The notes: generated by a model not told the origin, from the sequence alone. Positions 19,160-29,511 are shown, numbered from the stretch's first letter. The stretch: DNA of 64,000 bases from Syntrophales bacterium (GCA_963668175.1 OY764159.1:1760001-1824000); one strand, 5' to 3'. A program made the numbers and translations.

Positions 19160-20134
19160 ATGCGGGAGATTACCTTTTCGGAAGCGACCCTGGAAGCGAT
19201 GACCGAGGAGATGCAGCACGACGACCGGGTATTCATCATGGGGGAAGACATCGCGCGGCAGGGCGGCATCTTCGGGCAGTTTAAGGGGCTTCCCCAGAAG
19301 TTCGGCTGCAATCGTGTGATGGACACGCCGATCTCCGAGACGGCCATCGTCGGCGCCGGAATCGGCGCGGCCATGGCCGGCATGAGGCCGGTCATCGACA
19401 TGCACTTTGTGGATTTTATCACCGTCGCCATGGACGAAGTTGTCAACCAGATGGCCAAGATCCCGTTTATGTTCGGCGGTCAGTGCAGGCTTCCCCTCGT
19501 GCTCAGGGCTCCCGACGGCATCATCAGGTCGGCGGCCGCCCAGCATTCGCAGAGTTTGGAGGCGTGGTTTCTCCATGTGCCCGGCCTGAAGGTTGTCATT
19601 CCGTCAAGTCCGGCCGACGCCAAGGGCTTGCTGAAGGCGGCGATCCGAGACGACAACCCGGTTCTGTATTTCGAGCACAAGGTCTTGTTCGCCATGCGGG
19701 GACCCGTACCCGAGGGAGAGCACATCACGCCGATCGGCAAGGCCAATGTCGTGAAGGAGGGGAGGGACGTCACGATCGTATCTTACTCCCTGATGCTCCA
19801 GCGCGTGCTGGAAGCGGAGAAGACATTGTCCTCCCGGGGAATCGATGCGGAAGTTATCGACTTAAGGACGATATCGCCCATCGACAAGGAGACGATATTC
19901 AAATCCATTGCCAAGACCAAGCGCCTGGTCATCGTCCACGAGGCTGTCAAAACCGGCGGCGTCGGGGCCGAAATCGCCGCCCTTGTTTCCGAAGAAGCAC
20001 TGGACTGCCTCGATGCACCCATCAAGCGCATAGGTGCCCCGTCCGTGCCGATACCGTTCAGCCCGCCGTTGGAGAAGCTGGTCAAAATCCACCCCGAGGA
20101 CATCGCGATGTCGGCCGCTGAAATATGCGGATGA
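19160..20134 (+). CDS. acoB: TPP-dependent dehydrogenase E1 beta (AcoB-like)
   Basis: Motifs MGEDI, DTPISE, AAQHSQ, FEHK, EVIDLRT. Confidence 0.85.
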   Translation: MREITFSEATLEAMTEEMQHDDRVFIMGEDIARQGGIFGQFKGLPQKFGCNRVMDTPISETAIVGAGIGAAMAGMRPVIDMHFVDFITVAMDEVVNQMAKIPFMFGGQCRLPLVLRAPDGIIRSAAAQHSQSLEAWFLHVPGLKVVIPSSPADAKGLLKAAIRDDNPVLYFEHKVLFAMRGPVPEGEHITPIGKANVVKEGRDVTIVSYSLMLQRVLEAEKTLSSRGIDAEVIDLRTISPIDKETIFKSIAKTKRLVIVHEAVKTGGVGAEIAALVSEEALDCLDAPIKRIGAPSVPIPFSPPLEKLVKIHPEDIAMSAAEICG

Positions 20135-20231
20135 CGGAAAGTCAGGCGGGATGAAAAGGAAGAAAAGAGAGAGGATCGATAGGAAGGATCTGAAATATCA
20201 AAACAGCCGAAATCTTGAAGGAGGGTTGAAG

Positions 20232-21563
20232 ATGTCAAATTCCACTATTTCCGCGGATGCGGTAAATGGCGCCGTTGCCGTTGAAGGGCTGGAACAGCGC
20301 GTCATTAAGAAGGTCTTCTGGCACATTATCCCGTTCCTGTTTTTGTTGTATATCGTTGCCTTTCTGGATCGGGTGAATGTCGGGTTCGCAGCCCTGTCCA
20401 TGAATAAGGACCTGGGATTCAGCAATGCCGTGTACGGGCTGGGTGCCGGGATATTTTTCATCGGCTATTTCATCATGGAGATACCGGGCAACCTGATCAT
20501 GGCCAAAGTGGGCGCCCGGATCTGGATTGCGCGGATTCTCATCACCTGGGGTTTGATTTCCGGCGCCACGGCATTCGTGAGCACCCCCACGCAATTCTAT
20601 ATCGTCCGCTTCCTCCTGGGGATTGCGGAAGCGAGTTTCTTCCCGGGCATCATCTACTATCTGAGCACGTGGTATCGTCAGAAAGACCAGGCCAAAGCGG
20701 TGGCCCTGTTCATGATGTCCCTTCCCATCTGCAATATCGTGGCCGCTCCGGTCTCCTCCTATCTCATCGGCATCAGCTGGATGGACTGGGCGGGGTGGAA
20801 GTGGCTGTTCATCCTGGAGGCCGCGCCGTCCGTCATCCTTGGAATCTTGACGCCGTTCTACCTGACCGACAAACCGGAACAGGCGAAGTGGCTGGACAAG
20901 GAGGAAAAGGGCTGGCTGACGGGGGTTCTGGCCGAGGAAAAATCCGCCATCGTCAAGAAAAAGCATTACACGCTTCTGCAGGCTTTTACGGATAAGGATG
21001 TCCTGGTCCTGTCAGGGATATACTTCGCGTGGGTCTGCGGTTTCTACGGTGTTACCATGTTCCTGCCCATCCTCGTCAAGGCGCTGTCGGCAAAAATCAG
21101 CAATCAGATGGTCGGTTTCCTTGTCGCCGTGCCGTATATCGGAGCTTTTTTAAGCATGTACTTCATCAGCCGCCATTCGGACCGGACCAAGGAGAGACGT
21201 TACCACACGATCCTGAGCCTCCTCGTCGGCGCAATCGGCCTGGCCGGAAGCGTCTACCTGGCCAACATCAGCGTTTTCGTTTCCATGGTCTTCTTCACGA
21301 TTGCCGTGATGGGCATCTACGGCGCTTTCGGTCCCTTCTGGTCCATTCCGCCATCCTTCCTGACCGCTTCCGTTGCCGCCGGGGCCATCGCCATGATCAA
21401 CAGCATCGGGAATCTCGGCGGCTTCGTCGGCCCGTACGCGATGGGGTATATCCGGGAGGCCACGGGATCGTTCAACGGCGGGGTCATGTTCCTGGTGGCT
21501 TGTCTGGTTTTTGCGTCGTTACTTGTGCTGACGCTGCGAAAAGCGAAGACGGCCGAATCGTGA
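20232..21563 (+). CDS. MFS transporter (tartrate transporter-like)
   Basis: Motifs AFLDRVNVGFA, GAGIFFIGY, GARIWIARI, INSIGNLGGFVGP. Start ATG 20232 after GGAGG. Confidence 0.9.
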   Translation: MSNSTISADAVNGAVAVEGLEQRVIKKVFWHIIPFLFLLYIVAFLDRVNVGFAALSMNKDLGFSNAVYGLGAGIFFIGYFIMEIPGNLIMAKVGARIWIARILITWGLISGATAFVSTPTQFYIVRFLLGIAEASFFPGIIYYLSTWYRQKDQAKAVALFMMSLPICNIVAAPVSSYLIGISWMDWAGWKWLFILEAAPSVILGILTPFYLTDKPEQAKWLDKEEKGWLTGVLAEEKSAIVKKKHYTLLQAFTDKDVLVLSGIYFAWVCGFYGVTMFLPILVKALSAKISNQMVGFLVAVPYIGAFLSMYFISRHSDRTKERRYHTILSLLVGAIGLAGSVYLANISVFVSMVFFTIAVMGIYGAFGPFWSIPPSFLTASVAAGAIAMINSIGNLGGFVGPYAMGYIREATGSFNGGVMFLVACLVFASLLVLTLRKAKTAES

Positions 21564-21644
21564 AAGCGAGCGAGGAAAAGGGCGGGAAGATTCAGGAGCA
21601 GGGCATACAAACGATCAATAAACTCAAGCGAAGGAGACTCGAAA

Positions 21645-22643
21645 ATGGCAACAAAAATGTATTATGAAAAAGACGCGGATATCACCTTGCTGAAAGATAA
21701 GATCATCGCCATTATCGGCTACGGCAGCCAGGGACATGCTCAGGCACAGAATCTCAGGGACAGCGGCGCGAACGTCGTCGTGGCGGAATTGGCGGGATCC
21801 GAGAATTATCAGCTGGCCGTAAAAGACGGCTTCAAGCCCGTAACCGCCGCGGAAGCGGCCGAGAAGGCGGACATCATCCAGATGCTGGCGCCCGATCAGG
21901 CCCAGGCATCCATCTACCGCACGGCGGTCGAGAAAAATCTGAAAGCCGGGAAAGCCCTGGTCTTCTCGCACGGCTTCAATATTCACTACGGGCAGATCGT
22001 TCCCCCTAAAGATATCGATGTATTCATGATCGCCCCCAAAGCGCCGGGACACCTGGTCAGACGGGTGTTCACCGAGGGGAGCGGCGTTCCGTGCCTTGTG
22101 GCGGTGTTTCAAGATCATTCCGGCAAGGCGAAGGAATGCGCCCTCGCCTACGGCAAGGGTATAGGCGGAACGCGGGCCGGTATCATCGAAACCACCTTTG
22201 CCGAGGAGACGGAGACCGATCTGTTCGGCGAGCAGTGCGTGATCTGCGGCGGCGTGACCGCGCTGGTCAATGCCGGTTTTGAAACACTCGTAGCCGCCGG
22301 TTATCAGCCGGAAATCGCCTATTTCGAATGTCTCCACGAACTCAAGCTCATCGTGGACCTCATGTACGAAGGCGGCATGGCGAGGATGCGCTACTCCATC
22401 AGCGACACCGCGGAATACGGAGACATGACGCGCGGACCGCGCATCATCACGGAAGAAACGCGAAAAGAGATGGCGCGCATCCTGGGGGATATCCAAACCG
22501 GCAAATTCGCGACGGAGTGGATTTTGGAAAACCAGGCGGGCTGCGCCGGTTTCAAGGCGTTGCGCAGGATAAACGCCGAGATGCTGATTGAAAAAGTCGG
22601 GGCAGGGCTCCGGGGCATGATGACCTGGTTGAAGAAAAAGTAG
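21645..22643 (+). CDS. ilvC: Ketol-acid reductoisomerase (class I)
   Basis: Motifs [48 protein letters not shown]. Confidence 0.96.
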   Translation: MATKMYYEKDADITLLKDKIIAIIGYGSQGHAQAQNLRDSGANVVVAELAGSENYQLAVKDGFKPVTAAEAAEKADIIQMLAPDQAQASIYRTAVEKNLKAGKALVFSHGFNIHYGQIVPPKDIDVFMIAPKAPGHLVRRVFTEGSGVPCLVAVFQDHSGKAKECALAYGKGIGGTRAGIIETTFAEETETDLFGEQCVICGGVTALVNAGFETLVAAGYQPEIAYFECLHELKLIVDLMYEGGMARMRYSISDTAEYGDMTRGPRIITEETRKEMARILGDIQTGKFATEWILENQAGCAGFKALRRINAEMLIEKVGAGLRGMMTWLKKK

Positions 22644-22692
22644 GCTTCGCCGGGCCGGGAATTCTATGCACTTGAGGGTTGGAAAGGAGAAA

Positions 22693-24030
22693 ATGATTAT
22701 GGGGGATTCGCTGGAAGACGCTGTGGCGGCAACGGGGGTAGGGGTCGCCGACGTCGCCGAGAGCGCAAGGAGAAAGGCCTATATCAACATTGTCCTGCCT
22801 CTCTTTCTCACGTCGGTTATCGCCTATATCGATCGCGTGAACATCGGCTATGCAGCCTTGACGATGAACAAGGATCTGGGCTTTACGGCGCAGATGTTCG
22901 GCATGGGGGCGGGGATCTTTTTCGCGGGGTATATCCTGTTTGAGATTCCCGGGGCGCTGATCGCCGAGAAGTACAGCCCGAAGGTTTGGCTGGCGCGGAT
23001 CATGATTACGTGGGGGCTGGTTTCCGGTTTGATGGCCCTGATGACGACCGCGTGGCAGTTCTATCTCATTCGCTTTCTTCTGGGGGCGGCCGAAGCCAGC
23101 CTGTATCCCGTGATTTATGCGTCGTGCGTCCCGCGCTGGTTCAGCGCCAAGGATCGGGCGCGTGCCATAGCATTGCTCCTGACGTCCCTGCAGATCTCCG
23201 GCATCGTCGGAGCGCCGCTGGCCGGATGGCTGATCGGAGTGCCGCTTTTCGGGCTGAAAGGCTGGCAGGGCCTGTTTATCCTGGAAGCCATACCGGCGGT
23301 CCTGTTTGGCTTTGTGATTATTTACTGGATGGCGGACTGGCCGGAAAAGGCGAAATGGCTGACGGACGACGAAAAGAAATTCCTTACGGAGCAGTACGAG
23401 AGGGAAGTGGCGGCCAAGAAGGCCGTCAGGAACTATTCCGTGTGGGAAGCCTTTTCCAATCCGGAAGTCCTGAAACTCTGCCTTGCCTATTTCCTCTGGA
23501 TCACCGGATTCTGGGGTTTCAACTACTGGATGCCCACCGTGCTCAAGGGCGTATCCGGCTGGTCGAACCTGGCGATCGGCTGGCTCGTCGTGATACCGAT
23601 GGCTTGTTCCCTTCTTTTCATGCTTTACATCGGGCATTCGTCGTCGAAAACGGGTGAAAAAAGATGGCACGGGGCCATCGGCTTGTTCATCGGCGCCGTC
23701 GGCATGGGCATCGGGGTGTTTATTAAAGATCCATGGATCAGCTTCTTCTTTGTCGTCCTGGCCGGCATCGGCGTGTATGCGCCCTTCGGCGTCTGGTGGT
23801 CCTACCCGACGACTTTTCTTTCCGGGACCGCCGCAGCCGGCGCCATCGGCCTCATCAACTCCTGCGGGAACGTGGGCGGGTTCGTGGGACCCTATATCAC
23901 CGGCTACATCAAGGATGCGACGGGTTCGTTTGTCGGGGCGTGGGTGTACCTGGCCTGTTCGCTGACACTGGGCGCTCTTCTGATCCTGACGTTCAGGAAG
24001 CAGCCTACGGATAGTCTCAAGACGGATTAG
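22693..24030 (+). CDS. MFS transporter (tartrate transporter-like), second copy
   Basis: Motifs AYIDRVNIGYA, GAGIFFAGY, INSCGNVGGFVGP; AAGGAG RBS. Confidence 0.9.
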   Translation: MIMGDSLEDAVAATGVGVADVAESARRKAYINIVLPLFLTSVIAYIDRVNIGYAALTMNKDLGFTAQMFGMGAGIFFAGYILFEIPGALIAEKYSPKVWLARIMITWGLVSGLMALMTTAWQFYLIRFLLGAAEASLYPVIYASCVPRWFSAKDRARAIALLLTSLQISGIVGAPLAGWLIGVPLFGLKGWQGLFILEAIPAVLFGFVIIYWMADWPEKAKWLTDDEKKFLTEQYEREVAAKKAVRNYSVWEAFSNPEVLKLCLAYFLWITGFWGFNYWMPTVLKGVSGWSNLAIGWLVVIPMACSLLFMLYIGHSSSKTGEKRWHGAIGLFIGAVGMGIGVFIKDPWISFFFVVLAGIGVYAPFGVWWSYPTTFLSGTAAAGAIGLINSCGNVGGFVGPYITGYIKDATGSFVGAWVYLACSLTLGALLILTFRKQPTDSLKTD

Positions 24031-24059
24031 CTGCTTGCGGAGACGGTTTGTATGGAAAA

Positions 24060-24097
24060 CGGCCGGATGAAACGCGCCTGTTCTCTTCATCCGGCCG
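24060..24097. repeat. Intergenic 12-bp inverted repeat
   Basis: CGGCCGGATGAA ... TTCATCCGGCCG. Confidence 0.65.
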
Positions 24098-24187
24098 ATG
24101 ACAATGTGCCGTCAGGAACTGTATTCTCATATGCCGTTTCCGATAATATCCCGACCGACGGCAATGAACTTAAGGGGAAGACTGTAC

Positions 24188-24895
24188 GTGAGCAGTGCGC
24201 CGGAATGGCAGTATGACGAAAGTAAGTTCCCCGGTATCGACTACGCACGGGACGAGGTTGTCGCCGCTTACGATTGCCTCCATAAAAAATTCCGGGACTA
24301 TGCGAAGGCGGCCGACGAGATCGTTCGCCGTCTTGGTCTTGGCGCCGGCAGCACGGTGATCGATTTCGGTTCGGGTACGGGGGCCTTCGCCTTGCATGCG
24401 GCCAAAGTATGCCGAACGGTTTATGCCGTCGATATCTCGGCGGCAATGATCGAATACTGCCGCCGGCGGGCAGCGGAGCTGGGACTGACGAACATCGTGT
24501 TCCGCCATGGCGGTTTGCTGTCATACGAACACAAGGCCGAGGCGGCCGATGCGGCGGTGTGCGTGGCCGTGCTTCATCACCTGCCGGATTTCTGGAAGGC
24601 GGCCGCCCTCAGCCGCTGCCGGGACGCGCTGAAGCCGGGGGGAAAACTTTTGCTCTTCGATATCGTTTTCCCCTCCGGAGAAGCCGATCTGACGCAAGAG
24701 ATCGACGGCTGGATATCGTATCTCAATACACTGGCCGATGCGCGCTTGGCGGAGGAAGCGGCGATCCATGTCCGGGAAGAGTTCAGCACATATGACTGGA
24801 TCATGGAAGGCATGATCCGAAGAAGCGGTTTCCATATCGATTCGGCGGAGTATGCAGCCGGCTTTGCGGCGACCTATATCTGTACAAATAAATAA
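24188..24895 (+). CDS. Class I SAM-dependent methyltransferase
   Basis: Motif I VIDFGSGTG, plus AVDIS, LHHLPD, LKPGG. Start uncertain; GTG 24188 behind AAGGGG chosen. Confidence 0.85.
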   Translation: MSSAPEWQYDESKFPGIDYARDEVVAAYDCLHKKFRDYAKAADEIVRRLGLGAGSTVIDFGSGTGAFALHAAKVCRTVYAVDISAAMIEYCRRRAAELGLTNIVFRHGGLLSYEHKAEAADAAVCVAVLHHLPDFWKAAALSRCRDALKPGGKLLLFDIVFPSGEADLTQEIDGWISYLNTLADARLAEEAAIHVREEFSTYDWIMEGMIRRSGFHIDSAEYAAGFAATYICTNK

Positions 24896-24957
24896 TGGAG
24901 GCGGAAGGCGGGCGGCCGTTCGGCGCGTGCCTTCCTGCAGCGGAAGGAGTGTGGAAC

Positions 24958-26217
24958 ATGGCGGTGAACGTCATCATGCCTCAACTGGGTCTGACGATGA
25001 CCGAGGGCATGGTTACCAAGTGGCATAAGGCGGCCGGCGAAAAGATTGCGAAGGGCGAAGTCCTGGTGGAGATCATGACCGAAAAGATTACCCAGCAGAT
25101 TGAATCGCCCGCAGACGGCGTCGTTTTGGCCATTCTGGTTCCGGAAGGGGCAACAGTGCCGGTCAAAGCTTTATTGGCCGTCATCGGCGAAGAAGGAGAA
25201 CGGGTGGATCATACTGCGCCCACCGGAAATAATGAAGACGAAGGGCCGAACGGGCAATCGAATGTCGCTGCCGTCAAGGCGTCGCCGGCGGCCAAAAAAC
25301 TGGCCCGCGAAAGCGGTGTCGATCTGACGCTGGTGACAAGTACGGGCAGCGGCGGGCGGCTGACGGAAAAGGATGTGCTGCGGTACCTGGACGGGCAGAA
25401 AAAGAAAATTCGTGCAACGCCCCTGGCGGCGAAAATCGCCGTAGAACAGAACATCGATCTGTCCGGGATAAGCAAGGAAGGCAGAATCGCCAAAGCGGAC
25501 GTATTGGCGGCAGTCGCGAAAGCGGAAGGCCCGTCACCCGGGGCGGAGGAGGCGTCATCCGTGCCCCTCGCCGGGACGCGGAAAATAATTGCAGACCGGA
25601 TGAGTTTGAGCTGGCATACGGCGCCGCATGTGAATCTGACCGTGTCGGTTGACATGTCGTCCGTCGTCGGTCTGAATAGGAACACCAAAGCCGAGAAGAA
25701 ATTTTCCGTTACGGAAATGATGGTCGCCGTTGCCGCCCGGGCATTGTCCGAATACGGCGACATCAATGCCAGTCTCGTGGACGGCAAGGTGATGCGGTAC
25801 AAGACCGTCAATATCGGTGTGGCCGTCGCCCTCGATAAGGGATTGATCGTCCCGGTCATCAGGGATGCCCAGAGAAAAGGCTTGCCCGCGATCCGGAGGG
25901 AAATCGCCGATCTCGCCGCCAGGGCGCGGCAGGGGGGCTTGCTGCCCGAGGAAGTGACCGGCGGGACGTTCACGATAACCAATCTCGGCATGTTCGGCGT
26001 GGACCATTTCGCCCCGATCATCAATCCGCCGGAAAGCGCCATCCTGGCCGTGTGCCGCGTCGTCGACCGGCCGGTGGTCGTGGACGGCGCCGTCGAAATC
26101 CGGCCGATGGCGAACCTGTGCCTGTCCTTCGATCACCGTCTGATCGACGGCGCTCTGGCCGCCAGGTTCATGGCGCACGTCCGCGAATTGATGGAACAGC
26201 CGCTGTTGCTGCTCTAG
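24958..26217 (+). CDS. acoC: Dihydrolipoamide acyltransferase E2 (AcoC-like)
   Basis: Lipoyl domain (TEKI), two subunit-binding repeats (ASPAAKKLA, ATPLAAKIA) and DHRLIDG catalytic motif. Confidence 0.88.
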   Translation: MAVNVIMPQLGLTMTEGMVTKWHKAAGEKIAKGEVLVEIMTEKITQQIESPADGVVLAILVPEGATVPVKALLAVIGEEGERVDHTAPTGNNEDEGPNGQSNVAAVKASPAAKKLARESGVDLTLVTSTGSGGRLTEKDVLRYLDGQKKKIRATPLAAKIAVEQNIDLSGISKEGRIAKADVLAAVAKAEGPSPGAEEASSVPLAGTRKIIADRMSLSWHTAPHVNLTVSVDMSSVVGLNRNTKAEKKFSVTEMMVAVAARALSEYGDINASLVDGKVMRYKTVNIGVAVALDKGLIVPVIRDAQRKGLPAIRREIADLAARARQGGLLPEEVTGGTFTITNLGMFGVDHFAPIINPPESAILAVCRVVDRPVVVDGAVEIRPMANLCLSFDHRLIDGALAARFMAHVRELMEQPLLLL

Positions 26218-26269
26218 GCCGATGAAGGAACATATCCTGCGATCGGTAATAAAATGATGAGGTAGGCGA

Positions 26270-27670
26270 ATGAAAAGAGTCGTCGTCATAGGCGGAGGCC
26301 CTGCGGGCTACGTGTCGGCCATCCGCGCCGCGCAACTGGGGGCGGAAGTCCATCTGGTGGAAAACGGCCGGTTGGGCGGCACATGTCTGAATGTCGGCTG
26401 TATTCCCACCAAGGTGCTGCTCCATTCGGCCGATCTGTACCGCCTGGTCAGGTGCGGTAAAATTGCCGGTCTGAGTGCGGAAAAAGCGGATATGGACTGG
26501 CCGGAATTGCTGCGCCACAAGCAGGCGGTAATCGCCCGATTGGTCGGGGGCGTCGAAGGCTTGTTGAAGGCGAACAAGGTCGAGGTCCATCGGGGCCTCG
26601 CTTCCCTCATGGACGGCCGCACGGTGGAGATCGAGAACGTCCGGCCGCAGAGGCTGACCGCCGATGCCGTTGTCCTGGCAATGGGATCGGTGCCGCTCAA
26701 GTTGCATTTTCCCGGAGCCGATCTGCCCGAGGTGATAGACAGTACGGCAGCGCTGGAACTGCGGCATGTGCCGAGCTCGCTGGTCATCATCGGCGGCGGC
26801 GTCTTGGGCGTGGAGTTCGGGGCCCTGTTCAGCGCCTTGGGCTCCCAAGTCACGATCGTCGAAATGCTTCCGGAAATTCTGCCCGGGCTGGACAGGAAGA
26901 TTGCCGCCGCCGTGAAGCGGGAGATGGAAGGCCGCGGCATCAGCTTCCTCACCGGCAGCCGGGTTGCCGGTGTAAGTAAGGGTTCCACAGGCCTGACGGT
27001 CAAGGCCGTTGGGGGCGATACCGCTCGTGATCTGTCCGCCGATTATGTGCTGGTGGCGGCAGGTAGAGTGCCCGCAACGGAATATATCGGCCTGGAAAAG
27101 GCGGGCATAGAAATGCGTGGTGCAAAGATCGCCGTAGACGAAAATTTCCGTACCAATGTCCCTGGTATTTATGCCGCGGGCGACTGCAACGGTGAACTCA
27201 TGCTGGCTCATGCGGCTTCCGCCCAGGGGATCGCAGCCGTGGAGCATGCACTGACGGGGCATGCTTCCTATCATAAAAACACCATCCCGTCCTGCATCTA
27301 TACTTCCCCGGAAGTCGCCTCCGTGGGATGGACAGAAGAAGAGGCGGATCGTCAGGGATTGCAATATAAAGCCGGCGTCTTTCCGCTGGCGGCGAACGGA
27401 AAGGCCTGCATAGAAGACGGTTCGTCGGGACTCATCAAGATCGTGGCCGGGGCCAGGTACGGCGAAATTCTCGGGGTGCATATTTACGGTCCCCGTGCCA
27501 CGGAGCTGATCGCCGAGGCGGCTTTGGCCATCCGCCTGGAAGCGACGGCGGACGAGCTGGTTTCCACGATTCATCCCCACCCGACGATCAGCGAAGCGCT
27601 GGGGGAGGCGGCGCTTGCGGTGAACGGCAGCAGCATTCATTATTTCCGCAGGCCGTCATCCTTTCAATAG
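26270..27670 (+). CDS. lpdA: Dihydrolipoamide dehydrogenase E3
   Basis: Motifs GGGPAGY, GGTCLNVGCIPTK, HPHPTISE. Confidence 0.95.
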   Translation: MKRVVVIGGGPAGYVSAIRAAQLGAEVHLVENGRLGGTCLNVGCIPTKVLLHSADLYRLVRCGKIAGLSAEKADMDWPELLRHKQAVIARLVGGVEGLLKANKVEVHRGLASLMDGRTVEIENVRPQRLTADAVVLAMGSVPLKLHFPGADLPEVIDSTAALELRHVPSSLVIIGGGVLGVEFGALFSALGSQVTIVEMLPEILPGLDRKIAAAVKREMEGRGISFLTGSRVAGVSKGSTGLTVKAVGGDTARDLSADYVLVAAGRVPATEYIGLEKAGIEMRGAKIAVDENFRTNVPGIYAAGDCNGELMLAHAASAQGIAAVEHALTGHASYHKNTIPSCIYTSPEVASVGWTEEEADRQGLQYKAGVFPLAANGKACIEDGSSGLIKIVAGARYGEILGVHIYGPRATELIAEAALAIRLEATADELVSTIHPHPTISEALGEAALAVNGSSIHYFRRPSSFQ

Positions 27671-27677
27671 GTAAACT

Positions 27678-28352
27678 ATGGACGGAAACAACGGCAGGAA
27701 CAGACGATGCGCCTTCCAGCGGGAAGGGGTCGTAACGTACGAGCACGGCCTGGAACTGCAGGAAACCGCGCGCGGTCTGGTGGAGAAGGGTGAGTGGGAC
27801 GGGATTTTGCTCCTGCTTGAGCATGCGCCTGTGATCACCGTCGGGAGCGGCGGCGGCCTGGAGCATCTGCGTACCGATGCGGATACGCTCGCGGGAAGGG
27901 GCATTGCCGTCCTCCGCTCCGAACGGGGCGGTAATATCACCTGTCACAATCCGGGACAGCTCGTCGGCTACCCGGTCCTCAATCTGAGTCTCTGGCGCCG
28001 CGATTTATCCTGGTACAGGGAATCCCTGGAAGAGACGCTGATCAGGACCCTCGCACGTTTTGGAATCGTCTCCGGGCGAAAGGCCCGTTACAACGGCGTG
28101 TGGGTGGAGGACAGTAAAATCGCCGCCATCGGCGTGACGGTCCGGAACTGGATCACGAAGCACGGCTTTGCCCTGAACGTCCAAAACGATCTGGCCTTGT
28201 TTCAGGACATCGTCCCCTGCGGGATTCGCGATTATGGAGTTACAAGTCTGGTCGAAACGGCCGGCAGGCCGATGGGAATGGACGAAACGGCCGCTGCCTT
28301 GGTTGAGGAATTCTCTTTCGTCTTTCGATGCGCCGTAAGGGAATTGCAATGA
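27678..28352 (+). CDS. lipB: Lipoyl(octanoyl) transferase
   Basis: Motifs LEHAPVIT, RGGNITCHNPGQ, KIAAIG, HGFALNV, IVPCG. Confidence 0.93.
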   Translation: MDGNNGRNRRCAFQREGVVTYEHGLELQETARGLVEKGEWDGILLLLEHAPVITVGSGGGLEHLRTDADTLAGRGIAVLRSERGGNITCHNPGQLVGYPVLNLSLWRRDLSWYRESLEETLIRTLARFGIVSGRKARYNGVWVEDSKIAAIGVTVRNWITKHGFALNVQNDLALFQDIVPCGIRDYGVTSLVETAGRPMGMDETAAALVEEFSFVFRCAVRELQ

Positions 28353-29263
28353 TCCGAAATGATGGGGCAAAGACACCGGCGATCGATACGAAAAAGCCCG
28401 CGTGGCTGGTTCAGCGGTTCCGCGGCGGCGACGCGTTCAACGGCATGGTCGATCTCCTCACGGATCTCGGTTTGAATACGGTCTGCCAGAGCGCCTCCTG
28501 CCCCAATATCGGGGAATGCTTTAATGCCGGGACGGCCACTTTTTTAATTCTCGGTGGCCTGTGTACAAGGAACTGCCGGTTCTGTGCCGTGCCGAAGGGA
28601 CAGCCGAGCTCACCCGATCCGGACGAGCCGGGAAAAGTCGCGCAGGCGGCCCGGGTCGCGGGTATCAGGCATGCCGTTGTCACGTCCGTTACGCGCGACG
28701 ACCTTGACGATGGCGGTGCGGACCAGTTTGTCCGTTGCATTCAACGCCTCCGCGAGACGGTTCCGGAGACCTCCGTTGAGGTCCTGACGCCCGATTTTCG
28801 AGGTGACAGAAAGGCGTTGCGGGCCGTTCTGGCCGCTGGACTGGATGTGTTCAATCACAATGTGGAGACGGTACCGCGACTCTATCCGTTGGTGAGACCG
28901 GGAGCCGATTACCATCGTTCCCTGCGAATGTTGCGCGAAGCGGCCCGTCGCATCAGGGTTGTCAAGAGTGGGATCATGGTCGGCATGGGAGAGGACGAGA
29001 AAGAGGTGCGAGGGGTCTTTCGCGATCTCGTCGCCGCCGGTGTCGCGGTCCTCACCATCGGACAATATCTGAGACCTTCCCCCGGGCAAATGGAGGTGGT
29101 CGAATACGTCCATCCCGAGCGGTTCCGTTCATACGGGGAGATGGCGCTGGCGGCCGGGTTCAAGTCCGTGGCGGCCGGGCCGCTGGTGCGCAGTTCTTAT
29201 CATGCGGAACGGTTATTTGGAAACGGGATACCCTGCCCGATACCGCCGGCCGACGCCCGGTAA
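28349..29263 (+). CDS. lipA: Lipoyl synthase
   Basis: CQSASCPNIGEC auxiliary cluster motif, CTRNCRFC radical-SAM motif, VRSSY; ATGA overlap with lipB. Confidence 0.95.
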   Translation: MIRNDGAKTPAIDTKKPAWLVQRFRGGDAFNGMVDLLTDLGLNTVCQSASCPNIGECFNAGTATFLILGGLCTRNCRFCAVPKGQPSSPDPDEPGKVAQAARVAGIRHAVVTSVTRDDLDDGGADQFVRCIQRLRETVPETSVEVLTPDFRGDRKALRAVLAAGLDVFNHNVETVPRLYPLVRPGADYHRSLRMLREAARRIRVVKSGIMVGMGEDEKEVRGVFRDLVAAGVAVLTIGQYLRPSPGQMEVVEYVHPERFRSYGEMALAAGFKSVAAGPLVRSSYHAERLFGNGIPCPIPPADAR

Positions 29264-29440
29264 CACATGAGAAATATCTTTCCTGGGAAGGGCTTCATCC
29301 GTCCGGAAGCCTTATCTTGTCATCCCGACTATCCCGTTTTGATGATTCCCTCCCGTATCGCAACAAAGAGCCGGAAATTACAGATAGGCCATGGTTATCA
29401 AAAGCGTGAATATAAAGAAATAAGTTGAATAAGATTAAAA

Positions 29441-29469
29441 TTGACAACGGTCTCGTAATTGTTTAGTAT
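29441..29469 (+). promoter_or_regulatory. sigma70-type promoter of the XRE-cupin gene
   Basis: TTGACA-17 bp-TAGTAT. Confidence 0.7.
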
Positions 29470-29511
29470 TCATAACCACATACATTAAATCAGACGACGA
29501 CATGAGGAAAT

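Noticed and set aside
20120..20183. Sec readthrough at the TGA ending E1-beta (…EICG-TGA)
   Set aside because: The protein is full length at this stop and the downstream sequence is purine-rich with no SECIS-like hairpin.
18173..27670. Canonical pyruvate dehydrogenase
   Set aside because: The GHFVGD motif, TEKI lipoyl site, sigma54 promoter and AcoR-like activator fit the acetoin-dehydrogenase branch better; the substrate is still unproven.
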